A model generated the notes under the pieces. It saw only the letters and a program-made list of their open reading frames with translations, ran no database searches and was not told the DNA's origin. From NCBI GenBank assembly GCA_964579265.1, contig CAZOFO010000013.1, forward strand, positions 1-15,410: a stretch of 15,410 bases of DNA, read 5' to 3'. A program made the translations under genes and the position numbers. Numbering within the stretch: position 1 is the first letter of the stretch; each line of letters opens with the position of its first letter. Positions 15,130-15,410 of the stretch are shown piece by piece. The DNA is from Candidatus Micrarchaeota archaeon (GTDB taxonomy: Archaea > B1Sed10-29).

Positions 15130-15410
15130 ATGACCGATATAATAGACGTGAACAGATCCGTTATAGCTGCTTGCGACGTAAACGACATAGAACATCATGA
15201 AAGAGTAGTAAGAGACACAGCAGATGTGAAGAAAATAGGAGGCTACAAAGTAGGATTCTCACTGGCACTAAAATACAGTCTACCCAAAATAGTCGAAGTT
15301 ACAAGAGAATACACCGACAAACCAGTAATATACGACCACCAGAAAGCAGGAACCGACATCCCCTACACAGGAGGAAACTTCGCAAAAGTATGCAGCGAAG
15401 CAGGAGTAGA
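15130..15410 (+). CDS. pyrF: OMP decarboxylase/HUMPS-family protein, runs off the window (absent from the ORF track)
   Basis: MTDIIDVNRSVIAACDV...IGGYKVGFSLAL..SLPKIV...PVIYDHQKAGTDIPYTG..FAKVCSEAGV; GGAGGTGA RBS; directly after pyrE. Confidence 0.8.
   Translation, partial: MTDIIDVNRSVIAACDVNDIEHHERVVRDTADVKKIGGYKVGFSLALKYSLPKIVEVTREYTDKPVIYDHQKAGTDIPYTGGNFAKVCSEAGV

Overview
A 15.4 kb gene-dense archaeal window, with GGAGG/AGGTGA-type RBSs, TATA-like boxes, a DUF211 + VIT1-like pair, and TrmB and Lrp regulators. Acidic exported proteins suggest a salt-adapted organism, and several protein features recall DPANN lineages such as Micrarchaeota/Iainarchaeota (inference only). Left to right: (1) a structured intergenic segment; (2) a divergent surface-protein cluster, comprising an AN1-like Zn finger/TM/Cys-repeat/transglutaminase-like protein, a lipoprotein and a 681-aa protein with six InlB-B-like repeats; (3) two very Lys/Glu-rich orphans, one with a kinase catalytic loop and DFG, plus an unannotated ~40-49 aa C2H2 Zn-finger ORF; (4) a YprB-like DEDD exonuclease, small membrane proteins and TraB/GumN; (5) TrmB converging on a tandem-Lrp + pyruvoyl arginine-decarboxylase-like operon; (6) DUF211/VIT1, TspO, an HD hydrolase and a 5'-truncated HD remnant; (7) pyrE and the start of a pyrF-like gene with atypical catalytic-motif spacing. 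No tRNA, rRNA, CRISPR array or transposase was recognised. The best leads are the four Lys-rich orphans, each carrying one small recognisable motif (kinase, HhH x2, UVR-like), and the membrane-spanning AN1-transglutaminase architecture. All family calls are by-eye motif recognition; no searches were run.
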